A stretch of DNA of 57,327 bases from a virus (lineage: Duplodnaviria > Caudoviricetes), in the IMG/VR virus record IMGVR_UViG_3300002145_000154, positions 1-57,327 of that record; one strand, given 5' to 3'. A program made the translations under genes and the position numbers. Below are positions 1 through 8,182 of this stretch, in pieces. The notes under the pieces are model-generated. The model saw only the letters and a list, made by a program, of their open reading frames with translations, ran no database searches and was not told the origin of the DNA. Numbering within the stretch: the stretch's first letter is position 1; every line of letters begins with the position of its first letter.

Positions 1-40
1 AGGCTCAATGCCGCCACCGCGTTACCTCAGGTCGTTATCT
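1..40 (-). repeat. attC-like element, left half only (runs off the window edge)
   Basis: Minus strand AGATAAC-gacct-gaggtaacgcggt overlaps the TAA of ORF 35..301. It is nearly identical to the element at 2061-2085. Confidence 0.6.
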
Positions 41-301
41 GGAAGAACCATGCTGTTCCATCACAACAGCCATTCGTTCGAGAAGCACAAGTTGCTCTTC
101 TGTCAATTCGTTGCGTTTCATTAACGCCGTATTGGCCAGTTCTGCCAGTTCATTGGCCCGCTTCATAGCCTTCGATCGACCGACCTTCACCCACAGATCG
201 TAGAGAATTATGAACGCCATCAGCCCCAGTGATCCGCCAAGCGTTACTCCCAAACCCCAAACCACTGCTGTCCAAAACATCATGAAACTCCAGATAACCA
301 T
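35..301 (-). CDS. small membrane protein with C-terminal coiled coil
   Basis: Hydrophobic N-terminus (WSFMMFWTAVVWGLGVTLGGSLGLMAFIILY) followed by a charged helix; closely follows the upstream gene. Confidence 0.65.
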   Translation of the reverse strand: MVIWSFMMFWTAVVWGLGVTLGGSLGLMAFIILYDLWVKVGRSKAMKRANELAELANTALMKRNELTEEQLVLLERMAVVMEQHGSSR

Positions 302-304
302 GTA

Positions 305-649
305 TTATTGGGACTCAAACTTCCGCTTCAGTCGCTCGTACTCTTCGGCTTCTTTTGCCTCTTTCCGTTCATTTGCCGCCCGTACTCTCTCGACTCGCAA
401 CCGCTCGCGTTCCGTCACAAAGTTGGCGTCAATCACTCCGGTCGCGAGCAACACTTCATCGCGATAGCACGACGAATCAAAATGATCGTCGTCGTTGATT
501 TCTTCGTCGCCGTCTTCGTAACCTCGATCGATCGACAACTGGCAGTTGCTGCCGTCATCAAAAACCAAGACCATCCGACTTCCGTTTATGCTTTTTGCAA
601 TGCCGCATAGTTTCTTGCCAACAGCGTCTTCAATTTTCGTAAACATCAT
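305..649 (-). CDS. hypothetical phage protein
   Basis: ORF track 305..739. The first 30 codons are the attC-like element, so the start is reassigned to ATG 649 (MMFTKIEDAVGK). Confidence 0.65.
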   Translation of the reverse strand: MMFTKIEDAVGKKLCGIAKSINGSRMVLVFDDGSNCQLSIDRGYEDGDEEINDDDHFDSSCYRDEVLLATGVIDANFVTERERLRVERVRAANERKEAKEAEEYERLKRKFESQ

Positions 650-655
650 AAATCC

Positions 656-744
656 CGATAACAAACCAATGCAAACGAGCGGCCATCGATCGCTTTTGAA
701 GTGGTGAATCAACCGTGGCCGCCGGTTGATTGGTAGCATTGCCG
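656..744 (-). repeat. attC-like site (89 bp)
   Basis: Minus strand CGGCAAT...accaatcaaccggcggcca...tggccgcTcgtttgCattggt...GTTATCG: imperfect inverted repeat with two unpaired extra bases and a GTT-type right end. Confidence 0.65.
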
Positions 745-783
745 GCCTTCACGTTCGGGCTGGCTTACCTTGGGTCGTTATCT
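745..783 (-). repeat. attC-like left half-site
   Basis: AGATAAC-gaccc-aaggtaag overlaps the stop of ORF 778; same motif as at 34-40, 1565-1571 and 2079-2085. Confidence 0.5.
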
Positions 784-1065
784 GGTAAGCCCCATCAGCA
801 CCTTGTCGATGGCAGCTTCGTCCCGTTCGTACATCTTCTCTTCGACGGTCAGCCCATCCTCATGAAAATGAAGACGCAATGCCTTTGCAGTGCGCTGTAC
901 GTGCTTCTGTAACAGTTGTCGGGTACCGCGTCCTACCTCGGCACCCGGGCACTTCAGAATCTCCCTATAAACCAACTCCAGAAGCAGAAGTGACTCATGT
1001 GCAATATCTGCTGCGCAGTTAGCATCAGTTGGGTCTACGTGTTGCAAGGCGTCTTGGGCGTTCAT
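778..1065 (-). CDS. hypothetical phage protein
   Basis: ORF track 778..1170. The first 35 codons coincide with the attC-like site, so the likely start is ATG 1065 (MNAQDAL). Confidence 0.6.
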   Translation of the reverse strand: MNAQDALQHVDPTDANCAADIAHESLLLLELVYREILKCPGAEVGRGTRQLLQKHVQRTAKALRLHFHEDGLTVEEKMYERDEAAIDKVLMGLTR

Positions 1066-1075
1066 CGTGAAATCC

Positions 1076-1165
1076 AGATAACAATGTATTGCACGGGAGT
1101 TGCGGGTCTCGCGTGTTCTGAATGGGGAGCAACTTGCCGCAACCCCGTGAATACGGTCGTTATTC
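1076..1165 (-). repeat. attC-like site (90 bp), best-conserved copy
   Basis: Minus strand GAATAAC-gacc-gtattcacggggttgcgg...ccgcaacTcccgtgCaatac-att-GTTATCT: AAC/GTT ends and paired inner boxes with two extrahelical bases. Confidence 0.75.
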
Positions 1166-1525
1166 GTCAACCACCGTCATCTCGTCGCATGGCCGAACGT
1201 CAACCAAATCGGAACCCCACAGAAACCTTTTCGCGTCGTACTTATCTGACAAAGCACAACCCGTGTAGCCTTTCGGAAACCGATCACCCTTTTCGCTTGT
1301 GACGTACATCAGGACCGGAACCATCCCACGAACGGCAACCTCGTAGATCGCCCACTCGCCGTGGTAATCCTTGTTGCCTGTCACTTCCGTTTTCACCTTG
1401 TCGCCAATGTGAATTGCTCGTCCGTTGCTGTCGTACAGTCCAGTGGCCGATCCATAAGACGGATAACTATTGCATGCACGGGAGCCGCGACCTGCAGCAA
1501 CATTTTTCGTCTTTTTTGTACGCAT
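1160..1525 (-). CDS. YopX-like phage protein
   Basis: TGLYDSNGRAIHIGDKV matches the YopX TGLkDknGkeIyeGDiv motif; likely ATG at 1525. Confidence 0.6.
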   Translation of the reverse strand: MRTKKTKNVAAGRGSRACNSYPSYGSATGLYDSNGRAIHIGDKVKTEVTGNKDYHGEWAIYEVAVRGMVPVLMYVTSEKGDRFPKGYTGCALSDKYDAKRFLWGSDLVDVRPCDEMTVVDE

Positions 1526-1571
1526 GATTTCTACCCTCCACCGGATGCCCAACAACCTTGAATCGTTATTT
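1461..1571 (-). repeat. degenerate or chimeric attC-like site
   Basis: Left end AAATAAC-gattc-aaggtt at the stop of ORF 1566; right end cgcggctcccgtgcatgcaataGTTATCC resembles the right half of the 1076-1165 copy. Confidence 0.5.
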
Positions 1572-1751
1572 GCTCAACGTCATCTCTACCGGTGTCGCGT
1601 GTGGGATTATTGTTAGAGACTGTCCACCATTTTCGAGTTTGGTGAATCGCAATTTGAACTCACAATATGATTCCACCTTCAGTAGGTCAATCAGATTTCG
1701 AACCAAACAATCCACCCTGTCTCGCTCCAAAACGATTTCTTCGCTAATCAT
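1566..1751 (-). CDS. hypothetical protein
   Basis: ATG 1751 preceded by GGAGG; the stop overlaps an attC-like left end. Confidence 0.6.
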   Translation of the reverse strand: MISEEIVLERDRVDCLVRNLIDLLKVESYCEFKLRFTKLENGGQSLTIIPHATPVEMTLSK

Positions 1752-1762
1752 GAGACCTCCGC

Positions 1763-1845
1763 AAATATCCAAGCAATGTACCAGGCAGCCGTCTGGCGTA
1801 AAGACACAGTCAACTCTTCGCCTCCAGTAATTGTAGTCGTTCTTT
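1763..1845 (-). repeat. degenerate attC-like site (83 bp)
   Basis: AAAGAAC-gact-acaattactgg...ccTggtaCattgc-ttg-GATATTT; same two extra bases, right end GTT changed to GAT. Confidence 0.45.
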
Positions 1846-1847
1846 GA

Positions 1848-2060
1848 CTACGCATATTCTGATGGCGAGTCCTTCACATGAAAATTGTCCAGAAATTCAT
1901 CCCTCGATCCTCGCCATCCACAACTTCCCCAGCCTGGCCACTTGGGATCACGTCGTGAAAATGACTCATGTCCGTGGCAGTGGTATTGAATCACACCACC
2001 AGACTTCGACGATCCATAATGATCACCGCCACACTTCGGACATTGGAACTCTTTTTTCAT
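1848..2060 (-). CDS. small zinc-ribbon protein
   Basis: CPKCGG...YHCHG...SCGWRG. Confidence 0.6.
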   Translation of the reverse strand: MKKEFQCPKCGGDHYGSSKSGGVIQYHCHGHESFSRRDPKWPGWGSCGWRGSRDEFLDNFHVKDSPSEYA

Positions 2061-2085
2061 ACCACGTTACCTCAGATCGTTACCT
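2061..2085 (-). repeat. attC-like left half-site
   Basis: Plus strand accacgttacctcagatcgttacc versus accgcgttacctcaggtcgttatc at 16-39 (21/24 identical). Confidence 0.55.
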
Positions 2086-2087
2086 GC

Positions 2088-2396
2088 TCATCTCTCGCAC
2101 GCTGGCCGTGTTCGCCTCATCAACGCCTCTGCCTCATCAACGCCAAACGGTTCGCCATACCCCAGCCTGGCGTCCGCGATCGGACTTCGAGCATCGATCA
2201 CTTTTCGATACACCATACAGTCTACCGTTGCGGCCAAACAATCCGCTGCCTGTACTCGCAAACGTAAACGCATCAGTTCGCGGTGTTCACCACTCGTAAG
2301 TTCACCGTGTTTTCTCGGCGGTGGCGGGCTCACTGGTCGGTTCTCTGGCAAAGACTGCAAATTCTCTGGTATAGGCTGCGGGGCTTTGGCTCCCAT
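2088..2396 (-). CDS. hypothetical phage protein
   Basis: ORF track 2088..2468. The N-terminal 24 codons span the attC-like site, so the likely start is ATG 2396 after GGGAG. Confidence 0.6.
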   Translation of the reverse strand: MGAKAPQPIPENLQSLPENRPVSPPPPRKHGELTSGEHRELMRLRLRVQAADCLAATVDCMVYRKVIDARSPIADARLGYGEPFGVDEAEALMRRTRPACER

Positions 2397-2415
2397 GTCG
2401 CACTCCCACAAAAGC

Positions 2416-2506
2416 AGGTAACAATCGCATGAAGCCGAGGGCTCATTCATGCGTTTTCTGAAATTCAAGTCTTCCTTTTGTGTTGGGTGACCTTAGTGCG
2501 TTCTTT
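2416..2506 (-). repeat. degenerate attC-like site (91 bp)
   Basis: AAAGAAC-gcact-aaggtcacc...ctcggcttcatgcgattGTTACCT; same length class and intergenic position as the other copies. Confidence 0.5.
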
Positions 2507-2508
2507 TG

Positions 2509-2946
2509 CTATTCACCGTTGGAAGTCTCTTTGATATCAGCGGGAGTAATGACTTGAAACCCGTCCTTGAATGTCGCAATTCGATCATCGTCGCCGATCT
2601 GTCCCAGCGTTGTGTTAATGTGTCGCAACAGGCCGTCCATCCAGTCCTTGGTGTTCTGTTCACTGCATGTCGTCACGTAACCTAACAGGCTGTTCACTGC
2701 ACTTACAAGTCGCACGTCTTCCGGTCGCTTCTCTCGACTATTCCATCGCGAAGCTAACTTTTTCCGGTTATGGTCTGGCCCAATCTGGGGCATCACTGGA
2801 CAGTCACAGTTGCTGCACCCAATCAGTGTGGTCGTCAGCGTTCCACCGATCGACTCTTCCGCTTTGGACCCGCAGAACGGGCATGGTAAAAGAACCATGC
2901 GTTCGTACGGAGCCGTCATTGTAGCTGTGTCTTGGGCTTGCGACAT
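2509..2946 (-). CDS. Lar-family restriction alleviation protein with C-terminal extension
   Basis: LLPCPFCGSKA...IGCSNCDC...RWNSR, the typical Lar pattern. Confidence 0.7.
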   Translation of the reverse strand: MSQAQDTATMTAPYERMVLLPCPFCGSKAEESIGGTLTTTLIGCSNCDCPVMPQIGPDHNRKKLASRWNSREKRPEDVRLVSAVNSLLGYVTTCSEQNTKDWMDGLLRHINTTLGQIGDDDRIATFKDGFQVITPADIKETSNGE

Positions 2947-3180
2947 GACGACCTCAGATTACAGAAGTGGATTATTGTTAAGGGAGTGGGTGCCTCTTAA
3001 TCTGTGTTTGTTACCAGCAAATCACAGATTTCAGGTCCATTCGCATGGCACCCAACCCGCAGTAGACTGCAACAATTGATCACTGTATCAACCACGAGAG
3101 AATTCAGATCGTACCTGACACCATGCCAACCGTTTGCATTGCAGTCTGCCCCATAGACCTACCAGGGCTGCCTTTCCAGC

Positions 3181-3456
3181 TTATTTCGGCCAAAGATTAA
3201 GACGCTGGAGAGAGTAAGCTTCCGGTCCCATCAGGTCTGACACAGCTTGCTCCCACAACAAACCATCGATCTTTCCTATCTTGAGACCAGCTATCACTTG
3301 CTCCAGTTCTGCAAAGATCAGTGAGAGTTGCTCTTCTGTAGGATCGATCGTTGCCAACGTCTGAGCCAGAGTTTTCAACGTCTTCCTGACAACTACCTTT
3401 GTAACGATACAACTCGTCGCCTTCTTTTTCTGTGGAGCAGATGGAACACTACTCAT
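3181..3456 (-). CDS. hypothetical protein
   Basis: 91-aa ORF in a coupled minus-strand series. Confidence 0.55.
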   Translation of the reverse strand: MSSVPSAPQKKKATSCIVTKVVVRKTLKTLAQTLATIDPTEEQLSLIFAELEQVIAGLKIGKIDGLLWEQAVSDLMGPEAYSLQRLNLWPK

Positions 3457-3655
3457 CGGTCAGTTCCTCCCAAGCTTCTTGTAAAACAATTATGAGGTGT
3501 CGAAGGTCTTCCATATCTGGTATTGTAATCAGATCAGGAGGATGTCCTTCTTCTTCAAAGTTTTGGAACAGATCCACGCACTTGGTATCTCGACCAACAT
3601 TGACAAAGACATCCAGACCAGCCTTTTCTCGATAATTTTCATTCTTATGAATCAT
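3449..3655 (-). CDS. hypothetical protein
   Basis: GGGAG upstream; 8-nt overlap with the next gene. Confidence 0.55.
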   Translation of the reverse strand: MIHKNENYREKAGLDVFVNVGRDTKCVDLFQNFEEEGHPPDLITIPDMEDLRHLIIVLQEAWEELTDE

Positions 3656-3694
3656 TGCTTACTCCCAGCATCTTGTAGCTTGTCACGTTCATTC

Positions 3695-3892
3695 TCAGTA
3701 TTTCCTGAGTTCTACAAGAGAGGAAGACAGATCCATGCTTGCTCTTTTCAGAGCTGCCGTGTGCTTTCCTCCGACGTACCTGGGATCATTGTCATCTGGA
3801 TCCTCCACAGAAGCTAGATCTTTCACAGCTTCTGCTTTTTTGATGAATCGTCGGGCATTTTCAATCGCTTCCTCAATCTGTGACATCCTCAT
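3695..3892 (-). CDS. hypothetical phage protein
   Basis: Helical 65-aa ORF (AALKRASMDLSSSLVELRK). Confidence 0.55.
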   Translation of the reverse strand: MRMSQIEEAIENARRFIKKAEAVKDLASVEDPDDNDPRYVGGKHTAALKRASMDLSSSLVELRKY

Positions 3893-3907
3893 GATTTCAC
3901 GTCCTTT

Positions 3908-4483
3908 CTAGCAACTACATGAAAAGGAATGAGGACGGACAGGACATAGTAAGCCTGTCACGTTTTCTACATGATCCCAGAACTCTGGTGGAATATCCCC
4001 ATGAGCGTCCAATCCGTTGAAGTGAAGATAATCATCGTCCAGAGTGTAGCCTGTTCGGTAGTATTTCGGGTCCGAGCTTTTTAACTCTCCCGCTGTTGCT
4101 GCTGTGATCAGTGTTTGGTAGTCAGGACAATCAGACCTGTCCACAAAATCCTCTAACCACTCTCTTGATTCTTCCTTTGTGAATCCGAAGCACTTTTGTT
4201 TTTCATCACTGAAGGATGGATGACTCCAGTGGTGTTTCATCCCCCTTACAGACTGAGGGAACAGCACCAGCCAGAATACGTCGCCTTCTTTAATGATGTC
4301 TTCAAGAAAAGGATCAACAATTCCCAAAGGATTGTGAGATGATTCGATCGCCGAACCATTTTCAACAGTGACTTTATCTCCCCTTGCAAGAACCTCTCCA
4401 GCTCTGACCGCAATGATCGCAACGTGAACAGCATCTCGCTCGCCAAGCACTTTTGGTGTTTGACCTAGAGTCGGACTTTCCAT
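3908..4483 (-). CDS. conserved hypothetical phage protein
   Basis: RDAVHVAI...GIVDPFL...FWLVLFP...HHWSHP...FSCSC, a pattern seen in phage hypothetical proteins; AGGAGG RBS. Confidence 0.7.
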   Translation of the reverse strand: MESPTLGQTPKVLGERDAVHVAIIAVRAGEVLARGDKVTVENGSAIESSHNPLGIVDPFLEDIIKEGDVFWLVLFPQSVRGMKHHWSHPSFSDEKQKCFGFTKEESREWLEDFVDRSDCPDYQTLITAATAGELKSSDPKYYRTGYTLDDDYLHFNGLDAHGDIPPEFWDHVENVTGLLCPVRPHSFSCSC

Positions 4484-4493
4484 TTCATCCTCC

Positions 4494-4760
4494 TTATCTC
4501 ACACGAACCAGGTACTGTACCAACACGCTCTGGTACAAAAGACGACCACTACAGACTACAGGCCGAAGTTCAACTCTGAGTATACGGACGTAGACAGGAC
4601 ACACCGACACTGGTCGATAGAAAACCGGAGACTCTCCTGGAAAAGGTTTGATCAGACGACTTGGTTCCTCTCCAGGCATCGGTCCGATCACGTAGTTCTG
4701 AGCCTGGACTTCTGTTGTGAGCAACAGAGTAAAGATCAACAGCAACAAGTGCGATTTCAT
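4494..4760 (-). CDS. small secreted protein
   Basis: Signal peptide MKSHLLLLIFTLLLTTEVQA|Q. Confidence 0.55.
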   Translation of the reverse strand: MKSHLLLLIFTLLLTTEVQAQNYVIGPMPGEEPSRLIKPFPGESPVFYRPVSVCPVYVRILRVELRPVVCSGRLLYQSVLVQYLVRVR

Positions 4761-4805
4761 GTTTGCTTTCTCTGATTAAAGAACACTGAAGACTGCTCTG
4801 AAGAC

Positions 4806-5039
4806 TTAGAGGGTCTCTCCTTCTAACGTGTCTCCAGTCAGTTCTATGCCCAACTTCCATGGCTCCAAGGACTTTTCTGGTTCCATGGTCTCTTGTTGTG
4901 GATTGTTCAAGATTTTGATTACTTCCACAGCACGTTTCAGAGCACGCTTCCATCTCATCTGTTGAGGACGAAGGACTTTTTCAATCGTCTCTAACGATTG
5001 GATTGTTTCAGCAACATCAAGCTCAGTTAGATCAGGCAT
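4806..5039 (-). CDS. hypothetical protein
   Basis: 77-aa ORF in the operon. Confidence 0.55.
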   Translation of the reverse strand: MPDLTELDVAETIQSLETIEKVLRPQQMRWKRALKRAVEVIKILNNPQQETMEPEKSLEPWKLGIELTGDTLEGETL

Positions 5040-5055
5040 TCTTCTTCCCCAGAGA

Positions 5056-5508
5056 TTAGTGACAGAGGTTTCCCCAATTGTTTTCCCACTCTTCTTGTTC
5101 TTCTTGAGAGGTCGGTGGGCGACCCTCCTTGGCTATGAATTCAAACCAAGTGCAAAGTTGGTAGATTGTTTGTTGCGTTTGTGCACGATTTCCTTGTTGA
5201 TGACTCTCTAGTCTCGTGTGAAGTTGTAGGTTATCTTGTCGATCGTCTTGTCGGTTCTCATTGATGTGATCTACAAAACAGTCATCAGGGATTTCTTCTC
5301 TAGACAGAACCAAGTACAGCAAACGATTCTTGTAGACCACAGACCTTCTCGAACCTACAGAGTATCTCCACCTTCCTCTCCACAGTTGAGCTATCTTAGT
5401 GATCCATCGCTTATGGGCGTTATGGAAAATCTGAAGTTCTCCGTCCTCTGAAAAGCGAAGCTCGTCTTTCAAGATTTTGGTTAAGCACCATTGTTCTCCT
5501 GGACTCAC
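5056..5508 (-). CDS. HNH endonuclease
   Basis: VDHINENRQDDRQDNL...H motif; GTGA overlap with the helicase stop. Confidence 0.75.
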   Translation of the reverse strand: MSPGEQWCLTKILKDELRFSEDGELQIFHNAHKRWITKIAQLWRGRWRYSVGSRRSVVYKNRLLYLVLSREEIPDDCFVDHINENRQDDRQDNLQLHTRLESHQQGNRAQTQQTIYQLCTWFEFIAKEGRPPTSQEEQEEWENNWGNLCH

Positions 5509-6830
5509 TCTGCCAACTCCATTATATTCTCGTAGAGCGTCACCATCTTAGAGACGAGTCTCCAATGGGGACGAGCCTGTATCCCTGGGATTTTGCTGGG
5601 ATGGAACAACTCCACAACGTGGATTTGGCGAAGGAATCGCAACAATACATGGAGTTTCGCTGAATCCTTCGCTAATCGTGTGGACAATGCTTTGGCCTGA
5701 CAACCGTCTTCTCCACACTCATAGAGGTAGTCGATGATGTCCATCGTCTGTCCTCGTGCCGTGTCCAGGGCAACTTTCGTACAACGCCGCATCACCTCTT
5801 GGTCGAGAGATTTCCGATTAAGAACAAAGGCTAGACATTTCGCCAACCTGACGTGCTGAGACACAAGACGAGCGGCAAATTCCCTCTCCGCTGTTTCGTC
5901 CTGTTGTGTAGAAGGTCTGGCCCGTAGAAACGCGACAAACTTTCCAAGACGAGTACACTTCCTGAGCGAGGACTCCGTTCCTGTAATGCGGTTCATTTCA
6001 TCGATTGCATTGTGTCTAAGCCAATCGATGTAGCCTCCGGTCATAGCAATGGCTGTTGCCATTGCCGGATCATGTTGTTGAGCTTCGTCTCCGACCGCTT
6101 CGACGATCATGTTTTTGTCAGTGCGTTGAGCCACCTTCCATAGGATCTCATCCTCCAGATCATCATCGATTCCATCCATGATCACACAATCCAGGAACCG
6201 TTGTCCTAACTCAGATGAGTCAAGAGTTCTCATGGATGCTGTACCACAGATGATCCACGTCATACGGATCCCAGTGTAGTCCCGACTTGTTTTGTTACGG
6301 TAATGCGTTCGAGAAGAACCATCGTAAACATCACGAGCTTCTGAGAGAATCTGACCAAGATTTGGTGACTGGAGTAGCGTGTCACCATCTTTTGTAACGA
6401 GCGTCTTTCCTCCCAGCTTTGCAATCAGAGAGTTGTCTTCAGTTCCATCACCAAACCCTGAGTGGAACCCACGAATCGTAGATTTCGCGAGAACGTACTC
6501 CTCGTTGATGGAAACAGCTTCGCAGAGAGTTGATTTTCCACAACTTGCTGGTCCTACAATCTTAACCCACAACTGGTCTCCGACAGACGGAACCGAAGCA
6601 ATGGAAGCAAGCATCACGGACAGAGCACAATCCAGACCATCGGTCCATTTCATGGCTGACTTCCAGGCTGTGACCAGATCCTCGTAATTATCACAAGGAA
6701 TCTTTTCGAGCTCAGGAGCTTCTCCTGCCTGCTTGACTCTTTTTGCCTTCCATTCCTCAGGGACTGGAGCGATCATCTTGAGGAAGAGTTCGGTGCGCAC
6801 CGCGAGATTTTGCAGCTTATCTACAGTCAC
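5505..6830 (-). CDS. AAA+ (MCM/SF3-like) replicative helicase
   Basis: Walker A VGPASCGKST, LVTKDGD Walker B region, LSEARDVYDG, LGQRF arginine finger; C-terminal wHTH-like region; near the primase. Confidence 0.7.
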   Translation of the reverse strand: MTVDKLQNLAVRTELFLKMIAPVPEEWKAKRVKQAGEAPELEKIPCDNYEDLVTAWKSAMKWTDGLDCALSVMLASIASVPSVGDQLWVKIVGPASCGKSTLCEAVSINEEYVLAKSTIRGFHSGFGDGTEDNSLIAKLGGKTLVTKDGDTLLQSPNLGQILSEARDVYDGSSRTHYRNKTSRDYTGIRMTWIICGTASMRTLDSSELGQRFLDCVIMDGIDDDLEDEILWKVAQRTDKNMIVEAVGDEAQQHDPAMATAIAMTGGYIDWLRHNAIDEMNRITGTESSLRKCTRLGKFVAFLRARPSTQQDETAEREFAARLVSQHVRLAKCLAFVLNRKSLDQEVMRRCTKVALDTARGQTMDIIDYLYECGEDGCQAKALSTRLAKDSAKLHVLLRFLRQIHVVELFHPSKIPGIQARPHWRLVSKMVTLYENIMELAE

Positions 6831-6842
6831 AGATTGTATTCC

Positions 6843-7241
6843 TTAGAACGGGATCAGATCACAAGCAATGAGTTTTGTTGATGTCTCTTTGAAGTACACT
6901 TCCAGGTCTGACTGACCATTACTGATGAACTTTTCAAGGGACGTGAATGTACGGTTGTTCCATTTTGGATGGTCCAGTCTACTGACAACTAGAATACGAA
7001 CCCCAGGTAGCAAAGACAGCCGAACATTGTTATGAGCCGTCTCTCCTACGAGAACAATCAGGTCAATCGGTTTAAGACACTCGATCACAGGATTGATCCA
7101 CTCGAAATTTGGTCCACGTTCGAGAGGAGTGCAGTTGACGTATTGTACGTCGTCAAACTCTCTTTTCAGACAGGCTGTCAATCTCTGAATCCATTTGTCA
7201 ACAAATAAACTCTCAGGACTCAGCACCACGATACTTTTCAC
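6843..7241 (-). CDS. hypothetical protein, possible degenerate UDG-like fold
   Basis: YVNC.P...ECLKPIDLIVLVGETA...LDHP resembles the C-terminal half of family 4 UDG. Confidence 0.4.
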   Translation of the reverse strand: MKSIVVLSPESLFVDKWIQRLTACLKREFDDVQYVNCTPLERGPNFEWINPVIECLKPIDLIVLVGETAHNNVRLSLLPGVRILVVSRLDHPKWNNRTFTSLEKFISNGQSDLEVYFKETSTKLIACDLIPF

Positions 7242-8182
7242 GACAATACTCCGTGAAGAAAGTCACGAGCATCAGTGCCTGATGGAAGATCAGGATGGTA
7301 GCCTTCCGGTCCCCACCGGATGTACCGTAGGTTTTCAGGCTTCTTGGGGTTACTCCAAAGCGTAGCCACAACTCGACGGACTCCTTCCAGTCCCGCAGGT
7401 GTGATAGGAGTATTGGTTTTTGGGTGAGTCCGTGGATGATCTGAGTCATAAGCCACGATCACAGTTTTCCCTTCCACCAGCTTGCCCCAAGTAGCAAAGA
7501 AGGTCCCAATCCCGGGGACCGCGATGACGTTGCTGTTGGCATAAGAGATTTCAGAGGACTCGGGGAAATGCTTGCCCATCACCGATAGTCCTTCTTCTAA
7601 AGCAATGCCATCCCACGGACCTTCACAGATGAAGGTGACTTCACGGCTCTGTTTGAACGTTCCGAGTCCAAACAACTGATGACCAAGAGTTGGAGTTGGA
7701 AGAAGTTTCTTTCCGTCTGGAAACTTGATGTAGCGATACACCTGATTGATCACCTGTCCGACACCGTAGCCAGGAACAATCCAATCTCCAGTGAGAAACG
7801 ATTTTTTCAGTCCCCAACTGATTGCAGTTTTTGTTGAGACATACCCTCGTTCTACACAAAACTCCTTGATCTCTTTGACGGGACAAGGACTGTCTTCCCA
7901 CAATTTCCTGATGAACGTTGTAGCATTTCCAGTCTCTAAACAGACAAAGCATTTCCAGAGACCTGTCTGAGCCTGGATAGAGAACTTACCTTCTCGACCA
8001 CACCAAGGACAATCAACGACTTCTTCTCCGTTGAGGTTTTCAACATCGACATCTAGACCATGGAATTTGTAGGGTCTCAGTTCTTGATTCACACCCTGTT
8101 TTTCAGTAGACTGTTCAACAAGCTTCTTCACAGGTTTTGGCATCAGTTTATCCTTTTCTTGAAGTGGCTGCACAATTGGCAC
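7238..8182 (-). CDS. DNA primase (Zn finger + TOPRIM)
   Basis: CPWC...WKCFVC Zn finger; FICEGPWDGIA and VAYDSD TOPRIM motifs; C-terminal DARD. Confidence 0.85.
   Translation of the reverse strand: MPIVQPLQEKDKLMPKPVKKLVEQSTEKQGVNQELRPYKFHGLDVDVENLNGEEVVDCPWCGREGKFSIQAQTGLWKCFVCLETGNATTFIRKLWEDSPCPVKEIKEFCVERGYVSTKTAISWGLKKSFLTGDWIVPGYGVGQVINQVYRYIKFPDGKKLLPTPTLGHQLFGLGTFKQSREVTFICEGPWDGIALEEGLSVMGKHFPESSEISYANSNVIAVPGIGTFFATWGKLVEGKTVIVAYDSDHPRTHPKTNTPITPAGLEGVRRVVATLWSNPKKPENLRYIRWGPEGYHPDLPSGTDARDFLHGVLS

Noticed and set aside
1-2506. CRISPR array interpretation of the recurring repeats
   Set aside because: Repeats are degenerate ~90-bp elements separated by whole genes, not identical repeats with 30-40 nt spacers; no cas operon.
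5056-5508. HNH gene as part of a group I intron or intein
   Set aside because: Flanking genes look complete and the HNH is simply stop/start-coupled to the helicase.
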